Part shown: one piece after another, positions 19,284 through 28,468 of the stretch
Layout of the letters: each line of letters opens with the position of its first letter
How positions within the stretch are numbered: position 1 is the stretch's first letter
NCBI GenBank assembly: GCA_947631015.1
Contig: CANRJS010000002.1
Span: 1,726 to 65,725, forward strand
DNA length: 64,000 nt
From: an uncultured Clostridia bacterium
GTDB lineage: Bacteria > Bacillota > Clostridia > Oscillospirales > JAAYOS01
Direction of reading: 5' to 3'
Program-made: the position numbers and the translations under genes
The notes under the pieces: model-generated
Database searches by the model: none
Told to the model about the DNA's origin: nothing
What the model saw: the letters and a program-made list of their open reading frames with translations, nothing else

Positions 19284-20036
19284 TCACATGTAGTCCGTGA
19301 CGTTGACCCAGCCGAGCAGGAACTCCCGCTCCTCCGGCTTGCCCTTGACCGTCTGCGAGGCGGCGACTATCGGCAGCCACTTCTGGACGTTCTCGCGCGG
19401 CATGTCGCTCTTGCGGCAGAAGATGTCAAGATACTTCTCGGCGTTCTGGATGTCGCCCGCGAGCCAGAACAGCAGGTAGGTGCGGGCGGCGTCCGCCGCG
19501 CCGTCTCCCTGAGTGACGTGCGCCCAGTCGATGATGTACGCCTCGCCGTCCTTGTCGCTGATTATGACGTTCGAGGGGTTGAAGTCGCCGTGCAGGACCT
19601 CGCGGTGGCTCGGCATACCGTCGAGGCGGACGTTGAGGTCGTAGCGGAGCTCCGCGTCGAAGTTCGTCTCGGCTATCTTGCGGCGCATCTTGTCCTTGTG
19701 GCGGGTGAGGAGGCGGCAGCTGTGCGACTGTATTTCGAGCTGGGTATCGACGAGCCTTTCGAGGTAGGCGTCGGTCTTTTCGGGGTTCTCCTGCATGAGC
19801 TCCGCGAGAGTCTTGCCCGCGACGTACTCCATGACTATCGCCCACTTGCCGTCGATATTGGCGACCTCGAGGAGCTTCGGGACGCGCAGTCCCGCCTCCT
19901 CTATTCGGGCATGGTTCAGCGCCTCATTGAGAACGTCCGACTTGGCGTAGCTCTCGTCAAAGACCTTTATCTTCTTGCCGTCCTCCTGATAGATGCTCTT
20001 TCTGCCGTCGCTGTAAATAAGGTTGTCGAGCTTCAT
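19284..20036 (-). CDS. APH/choline kinase-like phosphotransferase
   Basis: HGDFNPSN and IIDW; ATGA overlap with adhE. Confidence 0.85.
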   Translation of the reverse strand: MKLDNLIYSDGRKSIYQEDGKKIKVFDESYAKSDVLNEALNHARIEEAGLRVPKLLEVANIDGKWAIVMEYVAGKTLAELMQENPEKTDAYLERLVDTQLEIQSHSCRLLTRHKDKMRRKIAETNFDAELRYDLNVRLDGMPSHREVLHGDFNPSNVIISDKDGEAYIIDWAHVTQGDGAADAARTYLLFWLAGDIQNAEKYLDIFCRKSDMPRENVQKWLPIVAASQTVKGKPEEREFLLGWVNVTDYM

Positions 20037-22651
20037 TTTGCTTCCTCCTCCCCGTAGTATGCCGCGAGATACATCTGCTTTATCTCGCTTATGAGCGGAT
20101 AGCGCGGGTTCGCGCCGGTGCACTGATCGTCAAACGCCTGCTCGCACATCTCGTCGAGCCGCTCAAGGAAGTCCTTCTCGTCTATGCCGTACTCGCGTAT
20201 CGTTTTCTTTATGCCTATCGCGGCCTTCAGCTCCTCGAGCTTTGCAATGAGGTTTTCGAGGCTCTCGTCGTCGTCCTTGCCCGCGATGCCGAGGAACTGC
20301 GCTATCTCGGCATAGCGCGCCTTGGTGTGCGGATAGGCGTACTGCGGGAAGGTGCCCATCTTCGGCGGGACCTCCTCCGCGTTGAAGCGGAGGACGTGGC
20401 TTATCATGAGGGCGTTCGCTATGCCGTGGGCTATGTGGTGGAACGCGCCGAGCTTGTGCGCCATCGAGTGGCAGACGCCGAGGAAGGCGTTCGCGAACGC
20501 CATGCCCGCCATCGTGGACGCGTCCGCCATCTTCGCGCGCGCCTCCGGGTCGGAGGCGCCGTTATTGTAGGCGCGCGGCAGGTAGTCGAATATCGTCTTT
20601 ATCGCCTTGAGGGCTATGCCGTCGGTGTAGTCGGTCGCCATCATCGAGGCGTATGCCTCGAGCGCGTGGGTCATGGCGTCTATTCCGGAGGCGGAGGTGA
20701 GTCCGCGCGGCATGGTCATCATCATGTCCGCGTCGACTATCGCCATGTTCGGCAGGAGCTCGTAGTCCGCGAGCGGGTACTTCACGCCGGTCGTCTCGTC
20801 GGTGATGACGGCAAAGGGCGTCACCTCCGAACCGGTACCGGCGGAGGTCGGTACGGCTATGAAATACGCCTTCTCTCCCATCTTCGGGAACTTGTAGACG
20901 CGCTTGCGGATATCCACAAAGCGCATGGCCATATCCATGAAGTCGGCCTCGGGATGCTCGTAGAGCACCCACATTATCTTACCCGCGTCCATCGCGGAGC
21001 CGCCGCCGACGGCGATGATGCAGTCCGGCTCGAACGCGGTGAGCACCGCCGCGCCCTTCTTCGCGCTCGCGAGCGACGGGTCGCTCTCCACCTCGAAGAA
21101 GGTGGTGTGGACTATGCCCATCTCGTCGAGCTTGTCGGTTATCGCCTTGGTGTAGCCGTTCTTGAAGAGGAAGCTGTCGGTGACGATGAAGGCGCGCTTC
21201 TTGCCCATGTCGCGGAGCTCGTCGAGCGCGACCGGCAGGCAGTGCGGCTTGAGGTAGACCTTCTGGGGCGTGCGGAACCAGAGCATATTCTCTCTCCTTT
21301 CGGCGACGGTCTTGATGTTCAACAGGTGCTTGGCGCCGACGTTTTCGCTCACCGAGTTGCCGCCCCACGAGCCGCAGCCGAGCGTGAGCGACGGGGTGAG
21401 CTTGAAGTTGTAGAGGTCGCCTATGCCGCCGTGCGAGGACGGAGTGTTCACGACGACGCGGCAGGTCTTCATCCGCGAGGCGTAGAGCTCCACGAGGTCG
21501 TGGCGGTTCTGCGTGTCGACGTAGAGCGAGGCGGTGTGGCCGTAGCCGCCGTCCTCGACAAGGCGCTCGGCCTTCGCGCACGCGTCGTCAAAGTCATTCG
21601 CGCGGTACATCGCGAGCACCGGGGACAGCTTCTCGTGCGCGAACTCCTCGCGCATCGAAACGTCCTCGACCTCGCCTATCAGTATCTTCGTGTTCTCCGG
21701 AACTTCGACGCCCGCGAGCGCCGCTATCTCCGGCGCGCGGCGGCCGACTATCTTCGAGTTCACGGCGCCGTTTATGACTATCGTCTTTCTGACCTTCTCG
21801 AGCTCGTCCTTCTCGAGGAAGTAACAGCCGCGCGCGGCAAACTCGCGCTTCACATCGTCGTAAATTTCATTCGCGACTATGGCCGACTGCTCGGACGCGC
21901 ATATCATCCCGTTGTCGAAGGTCTTCGAGTGGATTATCGAGTTCACGGCAAGGCGGACGTCCGCGCTCGCGTCTATGACGGCGGGGACGTTCCCCGCGCC
22001 GACGCCTACCGCCGGCTTGCCGGACGAGTAAGCGCTCTTGACCATGCCGGGGCCGCCGGTGGCAAGAATGATGTCCGCCTCGCGCATGACGGTCTGGGTC
22101 ATCTCAAGGGTGGGCATGTCTATCCAGCCGATTATCCCCTCCGGCGCGCCGGCGGCAACCGCCGCCTCAAGCACGACCTTCGCCGCGGCGATGGTGCACT
22201 TGCGGGCGCGGGGGTGCGGGCTGAAGATTATACCGTTGCGGGTCTTGAGCGCGAGGAGCGACTTGAATATCGCCGTCGAGGTCGGGTTCGTTGTGGGTAT
22301 GACCGCCGCAACGACGCCGATAGGCTCGGCGTAGCGGGTAATGCCGTAGGCCTCGTCCCGCTCGATCACGCCGCAGGTCTTCTCGTGGCGGTACCTGTTG
22401 TAGATGTATTCGGCGGCAAAGTGGTTCTTTATCACCTTGTCCTCCATGACGCCCATGCCGGTCTCCTCGACCGCCATCTTCGCCAGCGGGATGCGGGCGC
22501 GGTTCGCGGCGGTGGCGGCGGCAAGGAAAATCTTATCCACCTGCTCCTGGGTGTAGGATGCGTACTCGCGCTGTGCCGCGCGCACCGAGGCAATGGCTTC
22601 GGCAAGGCGTTCGGGCGTGTCTACCACCGGGTATGTCTTTTTTCCTTTCAT
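20033..22651 (-). CDS. adhE: Bifunctional acetaldehyde-CoA/alcohol dehydrogenase
   Basis: PTTNPTST, DNGMICASEQ, GGGSAMDAGK, GVCHSMAHKLG. Confidence 0.97.
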   Translation of the reverse strand: MKGKKTYPVVDTPERLAEAIASVRAAQREYASYTQEQVDKIFLAAATAANRARIPLAKMAVEETGMGVMEDKVIKNHFAAEYIYNRYRHEKTCGVIERDEAYGITRYAEPIGVVAAVIPTTNPTSTAIFKSLLALKTRNGIIFSPHPRARKCTIAAAKVVLEAAVAAGAPEGIIGWIDMPTLEMTQTVMREADIILATGGPGMVKSAYSSGKPAVGVGAGNVPAVIDASADVRLAVNSIIHSKTFDNGMICASEQSAIVANEIYDDVKREFAARGCYFLEKDELEKVRKTIVINGAVNSKIVGRRAPEIAALAGVEVPENTKILIGEVEDVSMREEFAHEKLSPVLAMYRANDFDDACAKAERLVEDGGYGHTASLYVDTQNRHDLVELYASRMKTCRVVVNTPSSHGGIGDLYNFKLTPSLTLGCGSWGGNSVSENVGAKHLLNIKTVAERRENMLWFRTPQKVYLKPHCLPVALDELRDMGKKRAFIVTDSFLFKNGYTKAITDKLDEMGIVHTTFFEVESDPSLASAKKGAAVLTAFEPDCIIAVGGGSAMDAGKIMWVLYEHPEADFMDMAMRFVDIRKRVYKFPKMGEKAYFIAVPTSAGTGSEVTPFAVITDETTGVKYPLADYELLPNMAIVDADMMMTMPRGLTSASGIDAMTHALEAYASMMATDYTDGIALKAIKTIFDYLPRAYNNGASDPEARAKMADASTMAGMAFANAFLGVCHSMAHKLGAFHHIAHGIANALMISHVLRFNAEEVPPKMGTFPQYAYPHTKARYAEIAQFLGIAGKDDDESLENLIAKLEELKAAIGIKKTIREYGIDEKDFLERLDEMCEQAFDDQCTGANPRYPLISEIKQMYLAAYYGEEEAK

Positions 22652-22690
22652 CTGGATCACTCTTTCTGCCGCACACGCGGCCGGGTCAGA

Positions 22691-22708
22691 TTGATAAAAA
22701 TTTAACAA
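22691..22708. promoter_or_regulatory. Rex operator 1
   Basis: TTGATAAAAATTTAACAA, one mismatch to TTGTTAANNNNTTAACAA, upstream of adhE. Confidence 0.75.
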
Positions 22709-22804
22709 ACTACTTGACTACGACAATTATATCACCCGCCGTTCCGAATGTACAGCGGAATTTTCGCCAAACCGACACTTTTTCTGTTTTTCACAAACAT
22801 TTAA

Positions 22805-22822
22805 TCGTTAATTTTTTAACAA
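22805..22822. promoter_or_regulatory. Rex operator 2
   Basis: TCGTTAATTTTTTAACAA, one mismatch to consensus. Confidence 0.7.
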
Positions 22823-22854
22823 TATAGCATGTTGAAGACTTACCTAACTCCAAC

Positions 22855-23615
22855 CTTGCGGGGGCAACCACCCGCGTTCTAGGTAGAGCAGAGCTCTACC
22901 GACACCTTCGCGGGGCTGTGCCGCCCCGCACCCGTATAGCGGGGAAGCCCCGCGAGCATTCGCGGGGCGAGACCCCGCGTCCCAAAGTGAGGCAGAGCCT
23001 CGCCGGTACCTTACGGGGGCTCTGCCCCCGCACCCCCGGCGGGGCTGTGCCGCCCCGCACCCCTGCGTTACTTTTTGCTCGCGCAAAAAGTAATCAAAAA
23101 AACGCGCTTAAGGGAGAGGGCTTCGCCCTCTCCCTTAATAATTCCTCTCCTGAATACGACACACAACCGGAACCCGCATAACAGGACACACTCTGTATCA
23201 AACAAATCTATCATCCGACCGGGTGAGTTTCTGGGGAAAGAACATCCGACTTTCCCACTGTATCCGACAACATCGAACAGTTCCTGCGTAGTAGAAATAA
23301 AAGTCCGGTCCTGCGCTCCCACTATAAGCGTAATGCAGATACTTTCCCGGGGAAATGGAGCTTTCGGTTCTAGGCGAAAGTACGAGCGGGGAAGCTTGTA
23401 CCAAGCTACGGACAGACGCCCCGCGTAGCAGAGACCTTCCGGTCAAAGGAAAGAGGGGTACAAAGGGGAGAAAACAAAGTTTTCTCCCCTTTGTGTGCTT
23501 TTTGGTTACTTTTTGCACAAGCAAAAAGTAACGCAGGGCGCGGGGCGCAGCCCCCGCATGGTGTCGGTAGAGCTCTGCTCTACCTAGGGACGCGGGGCTT
23601 CCCCGCTGGAGGCAT
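22855..23615. repeat. Structured repeat family 2 composite with two outward-facing arms
   Basis: Both arms carry GGTGTCGGTAGAGCTCTGCTCTACCTAG and TTACTTTTTGC..GCAAAAAGTAACGCAGGG in opposite orientation. Confidence 0.8.
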
Positions 23616-23622
23616 AGGCGCG

Positions 23623-24339
23623 TTATCGCGCCGCGTCAAGTACCTCTCCCACCAGTCCGTGTATGACGAGGTTCGCGCGCCCGTCGCGCGGGGTCGGGTC
23701 GCGGTTGATTATGACGAGGCGGTCGCCCGGGTAGAACTCGAGGAACGCCGCCGCAGGGTAGACCGTGAGCGACGTGCCCGCGACTATCACAAGGTCGGCG
23801 CGGCGGAGCGCCCGCGCCGAGGCGTCTATCACCTCCGCGTCGAGCGACTCGTCGTAGAGCACGACGTCCGGCTTTATCACCCCGCCGCAGTCGCAGTGCG
23901 GAACGCCCTCCGTCGCCGCGATATACTCCGCGTCGTAGAACTTTCCGCACCTCATGCAGTGGTTGCGGTGGACCGAGCCGTGCAGCTCGAGGACGTTCTT
24001 CGAGCCCGCCGCCTGGTGCAGTCCGTCGATGTTCTGGGTTATCACGGCGGAGAGCTTGCCCTCCCGCTCGAGCTCCGCGAGGCGGATGTGCGCGCGGTTC
24101 GGGAGTATCCCCGGCACGAGCAGCTTATCCCGGTAGAACTCGAAAAACTCCTCCGTGTGCGACATGAAAAAGCTGTGGCTCAGTATCGTCTCGGGCGGAT
24201 AGAGCCGCTTTTCCGAGTAGATGCCGTCCGCCGAGCGGAAGTCCTTCAGCCCACTCTCGGTGGACACTCCCGCCCCTCCGAAGAAAACTATCCTGCCGCT
24301 CTCCGCTATCCAGTCCCGCAAGGTCTCGCGCGCGTCCAT
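23623..24339 (-). CDS. cobB: NAD-dependent protein deacylase (Sir2 family)
   Basis: GAGVSTESGLKDFRS, TQNIDGLHQAAG, HGSVH, Zn-binding cysteines. Confidence 0.93.
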   Translation of the reverse strand: MDARETLRDWIAESGRIVFFGGAGVSTESGLKDFRSADGIYSEKRLYPPETILSHSFFMSHTEEFFEFYRDKLLVPGILPNRAHIRLAELEREGKLSAVITQNIDGLHQAAGSKNVLELHGSVHRNHCMRCGKFYDAEYIAATEGVPHCDCGGVIKPDVVLYDESLDAEVIDASARALRRADLVIVAGTSLTVYPAAAFLEFYPGDRLVIINRDPTPRDGRANLVIHGLVGEVLDAAR

Positions 24340-24643
24340 GCAGATGCCTCCCTTTGCTCATTTTCTACTATTATACTCCGCTCCTCCGCGCGTTTCAAGC
24401 GCGAAGGAAGGCGGAGCGTGCGCGGCGTGTGGGAGGCGGCGTACCTCGGCAGAAAACGAAGCGCCGCCGCGAGACGGCAAAGTCGCCGCTCAGTCGGGCA
24501 GGAACAGTCCAAACGTCGTGCTTTGAGAGATGTATCGGCGAAATGCCTCACCTCCGCCGGTCGCAGTGTTGAGAGAGGCAAAGCCGCCGCGCGGGAGGCG
24601 GCGCACCGGCAATCGGAAGCCCGGCCGCGCACCCGAGCCGCCG

Positions 24644-25528
24644 TCAGCGTGGGCGCTTTCCCGCGCGGCGGCGGAGGTACGCGCCGACGAGTCCGCGCTT
24701 CGGCGCGGCGATTAGAACCGCGAGGAACACCAGCCCCGCCGCCGTCGCCATCGCCCCCGCGAACGACACGTCGAGCGCGAGCGCCGCGCGGACGCCGATT
24801 ATGGCGCTTGCCGCCGCCGCAGTCACCGCCGCCGCGAGCATCTTCCCGAAGCTCTCCGCGAGGAGGTACGCCGTCGCGGCGGGCGCCGCCATGAACGCCA
24901 CGACGAGCACCGACCCCACCGTGTCAAACGATCCCACCGCCGTGAGAGAGACGAGCGCCATCATAAGATAGTGCAAAAGCGCGGGCGAAAATCCCATGAC
25001 GAGCGCCGCAGTCCGGTCAAATGATACGGTCTTCAGCTCCTTGAAAAGAGCGACGACGAACAGCAGGTCAAGCGCGAGCAGTCCTGCGGACGTGTATATT
25101 CCCTTCGCGCCGACGTCCGCGCCGAAGACCGTCATCCGCTCGAACGGCGCGAACGCCAGCTCGCCGAGTAGCACCGTGTCGGTGTCGAGATGCACCGAGG
25201 ACGCATACCGCGTTATGAGTATCACGGCAAGCGCGAACAGGAGCGGGAAGACCACGCCGACCGCCGAATCCTCGCTCACGAGGCGGCTCTTTACGAGCAG
25301 TTCGCCGAGGGCAACCGTCACAAGTCCGACGGCGGCCGCGCCGAGGAAGAGCAGCGGCGAGTCGAGCCCGCCCGCCGCGAAGTACGCGAGCACTATCCCG
25401 AGAAGAATGGTGTGGCTCACGGCGTCCGCCGTCATCGTCATGCCGCGCACGAGCAGCAGCGAGCCGCACACCGCGCAGGACGCCGCCGTCATTACCGCAA
25501 TAAGTTCTATCTCAAGCTCCGCCGGCAT
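24644..25528 (-). CDS. Mn/Zn/Fe ABC transporter permease (TroD-like)
   Basis: DAVSHTILLG, SVHLDTD, multiple TM helices. Confidence 0.88.
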   Translation of the reverse strand: MPAELEIELIAVMTAASCAVCGSLLLVRGMTMTADAVSHTILLGIVLAYFAAGGLDSPLLFLGAAAVGLVTVALGELLVKSRLVSEDSAVGVVFPLLFALAVILITRYASSVHLDTDTVLLGELAFAPFERMTVFGADVGAKGIYTSAGLLALDLLFVVALFKELKTVSFDRTAALVMGFSPALLHYLMMALVSLTAVGSFDTVGSVLVVAFMAAPAATAYLLAESFGKMLAAAVTAAAASAIIGVRAALALDVSFAGAMATAAGLVFLAVLIAAPKRGLVGAYLRRRAGKRPR

Positions 25529-26636
25529 CGCTTCCGCCTCCTCTCCCGTCTTTGTCCGGCGCGGACGCAGCGGCGCGTCCCTCTCCGTCTAGCGTAGCGG
25601 CGGGGCGTCCCTCTCCATCCGGCGTGGCGACCAGGTGCGTCCCCTGCTCCGGGGCGGCGCTCACGTCCGGCGGCGTCCTGCCAAGTCCTTCGGGAACGCT
25701 CATGTCCGCCGCGAGCACCCGGCGGCGGAGACGTCTCCGCCGGACGAGCTTTGCCGCTATCCCCCGCCCCGGCGCGGCGAGGAGGCTCACCCCCGCGATG
25801 ACGCTCGCCGTCACGACTATGGCGGGGCCGGTCGGGACGCCCTCGCGGAGCGAGCTGTACGCCGTCCCCGCGACGCCGCTCACCGCGCCGAACACCGCCG
25901 CGAGCGCGGTCATACCCGCGAGGCTCCGCGTCCACTGCCTCGCCGCGACGGCAGGCGCTATGAGCAGCGCGCTCATCAGCACCGCGCCGACCGCCTGTAT
26001 GCCGAGCACCGTCACGGCGACGGTCATCGCCGTGAGCGCGCCGCCCGCCGCGCCCGAGCGGAGGCCGGCGCTCGCGGCGTACTCGGGGTCGAAGGCGGCG
26101 AGTTTGAACTGCCGGAAGAACACACACACGAGCGCCGTAAGCATCAGCGCGAGCACCGCCGAGGCGCACACGTCCCGCATGACTATCGAGCTTGCCTCGC
26201 CGTAGATGAAGCGCGCGAGGCCCGCCTTCGACGCTCCGGGGAGGCGCTGCGCATAGCTCATCAGCGCGAGCCCGAGCCCGAAGAATACGCTCATCGCGAC
26301 GGCGAGCGCGCTTTCAAACTTTATCCGCGTCCTGCGCGCTGTGAGCACGGTCGCGGCGGCGGCGAGGACGGCGCTCGCCGCCGCCCCCGCGAGCAGCACG
26401 GCGGCGTCCCTGCTGCCGGTGATGAGGTACGCCGCGACTACGCCGGGGAGCGCCGCGTGCGAGGCGCCGTCCGCAAGCAGCGCCTCTCGCCGCAGTACCG
26501 AGAAGCAGCCGACGACGCCGCTCATCAGTCCTATGATAGCCGCGCCGAGCGCCACCGTGCGGAAGGTGTAGTCCGACATGAGCGCCGCAAGCGTCCCCGC
26601 GGCGAGGCGCGGCGCAGATACGAGCGCCGCCGTCAT
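25512..26636 (-). CDS. Mn/Zn/Fe ABC transporter permease (TroC-like) with repetitive tail
   Basis: DGASHAALPG, QAVGAVLMSALLIAPA. Confidence 0.88.
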   Translation of the reverse strand: MTAALVSAPRLAAGTLAALMSDYTFRTVALGAAIIGLMSGVVGCFSVLRREALLADGASHAALPGVVAAYLITGSRDAAVLLAGAAASAVLAAAATVLTARRTRIKFESALAVAMSVFFGLGLALMSYAQRLPGASKAGLARFIYGEASSIVMRDVCASAVLALMLTALVCVFFRQFKLAAFDPEYAASAGLRSGAAGGALTAMTVAVTVLGIQAVGAVLMSALLIAPAVAARQWTRSLAGMTALAAVFGAVSGVAGTAYSSLREGVPTGPAIVVTASVIAGVSLLAAPGRGIAAKLVRRRRLRRRVLAADMSVPEGLGRTPPDVSAAPEQGTHLVATPDGEGRPAATLDGEGRAAASAPDKDGRGGGSDAGGA

Positions 26637-27352
26637 ACCGCCGCCTCCGCCGCGCGGCGGCTGTACGCGCGGTCAATGTTTCTCTCGCAGAAGACGTCCT
26701 CCACCGCGCCGGAGGCCACCACGCCGAGGTTTATGATGCTCACCCAGTCGAAGTAGTCCCGCACGGTTCGGAGGTCGTGGTGGACCATGACGACGGTCTT
26801 CCCCTCCGCGCACAGTCCGCGCAGGATGGATATTATCGCGCGCTCGCTCACGGCGTCCACGCCCTTCAGCGGCTCGTCGAGAAAGTATATCTCCGCGTCC
26901 TGCGCGAGCGCCCGCGCGAGGAACACCCTCTGCTGCTGTCCGCCGGAGAGCTCCCCTATCTGCCGCGAGGCAAACTTCTCCATCCCCACGCGCCGCAGGC
27001 ACTCCTCCGCCACGGACTTATCCGCCTTTCCCGGGCGGCGGAACCATCCGAGCGAGGCGTACCGCCCCATCAGCGCGACCTCGTAGGCGCTTATCGGAAA
27101 GTCGCGGTCTATGCTCTCGCTCTGCGGGACGTAGCCGACCGCGCCGCGCCGTCCCCGCGCGGGTATGCTGACCTCGCCCGCGAGCGGCTTCACAAGTCCG
27201 AGCATCGTCTTCATCAGCGTCGTCTTGCCCGCGCCGTTCGGGCCGACTATCGCGGCAAAGCTGCCGCAGGGTATCGTGAGGCTCACGTCCATGAGCACGG
27301 GCTTCTCGCCGTAGCTCACCGTGAGGTGGCGCACCTCCGCCGCCGCGTTCAT
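26633..27352 (-). CDS. Metal ABC transporter ATPase (TroB-like)
   Basis: GPNGAGKT, LSGGQQQRVFLARAL, VHHDL. Confidence 0.92.
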   Translation of the reverse strand: MNAAAEVRHLTVSYGEKPVLMDVSLTIPCGSFAAIVGPNGAGKTTLMKTMLGLVKPLAGEVSIPARGRRGAVGYVPQSESIDRDFPISAYEVALMGRYASLGWFRRPGKADKSVAEECLRRVGMEKFASRQIGELSGGQQQRVFLARALAQDAEIYFLDEPLKGVDAVSERAIISILRGLCAEGKTVVMVHHDLRTVRDYFDWVSIINLGVVASGAVEDVFCERNIDRAYSRRAAEAAV

Positions 27353-28302
27353 TCCGCCGCCCCCTCTCCCGAAAGCGCGGAAACTATCGTGTCGATGTTC
27401 CTTTGGAACGCCGAGGCGTAGGCCGCGTCCTCGCCGTCGCCGAGCGAGTCGGAGTAGAGCGAGCCGCCTATTTCGAGCGTTCCGCCGCGCGAGCGCACCG
27501 CCGCGATAAGCGCCTCAGCGCTCTTCTGCGGCACGCTCGTCTCGACGAACACCGCCCGCACCCCGCGCTCCGCTATCATATCCGCGAGCGCGGATATTTC
27601 CGCCGTGCCGGCCTCGGCGGAGGTATTCATTCCCTGTATACCGCGCACCTCGAAGCCGTACTCCTCGCCGAAGTACCCGAAAGCGTCGTGCGCCGTGACG
27701 AGCACGCGGCGCTCCGGCGGGAGCTCCGCCGTCCTCTCGCGGATATAGCCGTCCAGCACGTCGAGCTCCGCGAGGTAGTCCTCAAGGAGCGCCGCATACC
27801 CATCGGCGTTCTCCGGGTCGAGAGATGCAAGCGCGGAGGAGACGTGCTCCGCCGCCTTCTTCCACAGCGGCACGCTGAACCAGATATGCGGGTCGGGCAC
27901 GCCGCCGATGTATCTCAGACTGTCCTCCTCTATCGCGTCGCCTGCGGCGACGACCTTCTTCTCCCCCTCGAGACCCCGAAAGACGTCGCTCATCCTCCCC
28001 TCGAGGCCGAGGCCGTTCACGAGTATCATGTCGGCGGAGCGCAGGCGGCGAAGGTCGCCGGCGCTCGCCTGATAGGTGTGCGGGTCGACGCCCTCGCCCA
28101 TCAGAGTCTCTGCCGATATGTACTCCCCTCCGAGCACCGAGGCGAGGTCGCCGAGCATCGTGGTCGTCGCGACGACGCGTATGCCGTCCCCCGCTGCGAG
28201 AGTATCCTCCCCCGCGCGGGCGCCGCCCGGCGAGCATCCCGCGCCCGCAAGCGCGGCAAGGGCGGCGAGCGCCGCCGCTGCCGCGCGAAACAGCTTTCTC
28301 AT
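27349..28302 (-). CDS. Metal ABC substrate-binding lipoprotein (TroA-like)
   Basis: DPHTY, DPHIW, HDAFGY and YSD ligand motifs. Confidence 0.92.
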   Translation of the reverse strand: MRKLFRAAAAALAALAALAGAGCSPGGARAGEDTLAAGDGIRVVATTTMLGDLASVLGGEYISAETLMGEGVDPHTYQASAGDLRRLRSADMILVNGLGLEGRMSDVFRGLEGEKKVVAAGDAIEEDSLRYIGGVPDPHIWFSVPLWKKAAEHVSSALASLDPENADGYAALLEDYLAELDVLDGYIRERTAELPPERRVLVTAHDAFGYFGEEYGFEVRGIQGMNTSAEAGTAEISALADMIAERGVRAVFVETSVPQKSAEALIAAVRSRGGTLEIGGSLYSDSLGDGEDAAYASAFQRNIDTIVSALSGEGAAE

Positions 28303-28409
28303 AGTCTTCTGTCCTCCGCTCATTTATTGGGCGCGCCGGACGCAGACATGCGCGGGCGCTATCCCTCGTTACAGAGTATTCGGCGTCCGGCGGGGTGTGA
28401 CGGTAAAAA

Positions 28410-28441
28410 TTTCCGTCCGACCCGCGAGGGGCCGGACGGAA
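28410..28441 (-). terminator. Terminator of the GH78 gene
   Basis: TTCCGTCCG/CGGACGGAA stem followed by ATTTTT on the minus strand. Confidence 0.6.
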
Positions 28442-28468
28442 GCATAACGCACAATTGTAAAACCTCAA

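Noticed and set aside
19284-20036. Aminoglycoside resistance gene
   Set aside because: Host-like codon usage and coupling to adhE; the APH fold alone does not imply resistance.
22855-23615. Possible CRISPR array or small ORFs in the repeat region
   Set aside because: No regularly spaced identical repeats with unique spacers and no cas genes; the ORFs are translations of palindromes.
23623-24339. Sir2 gene as an anti-phage system
   Set aside because: It is a single-domain CobB-type deacylase with a Zn ribbon and no TIR, HerA or Argonaute partner.
28303-28468. yybP-ykoY riboswitch or MntR/Zur box before the metal ABC operon
   Set aside because: I could not recognise the consensus; only a terminator-like hairpin is evident. 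An Rfam scan would settle it.
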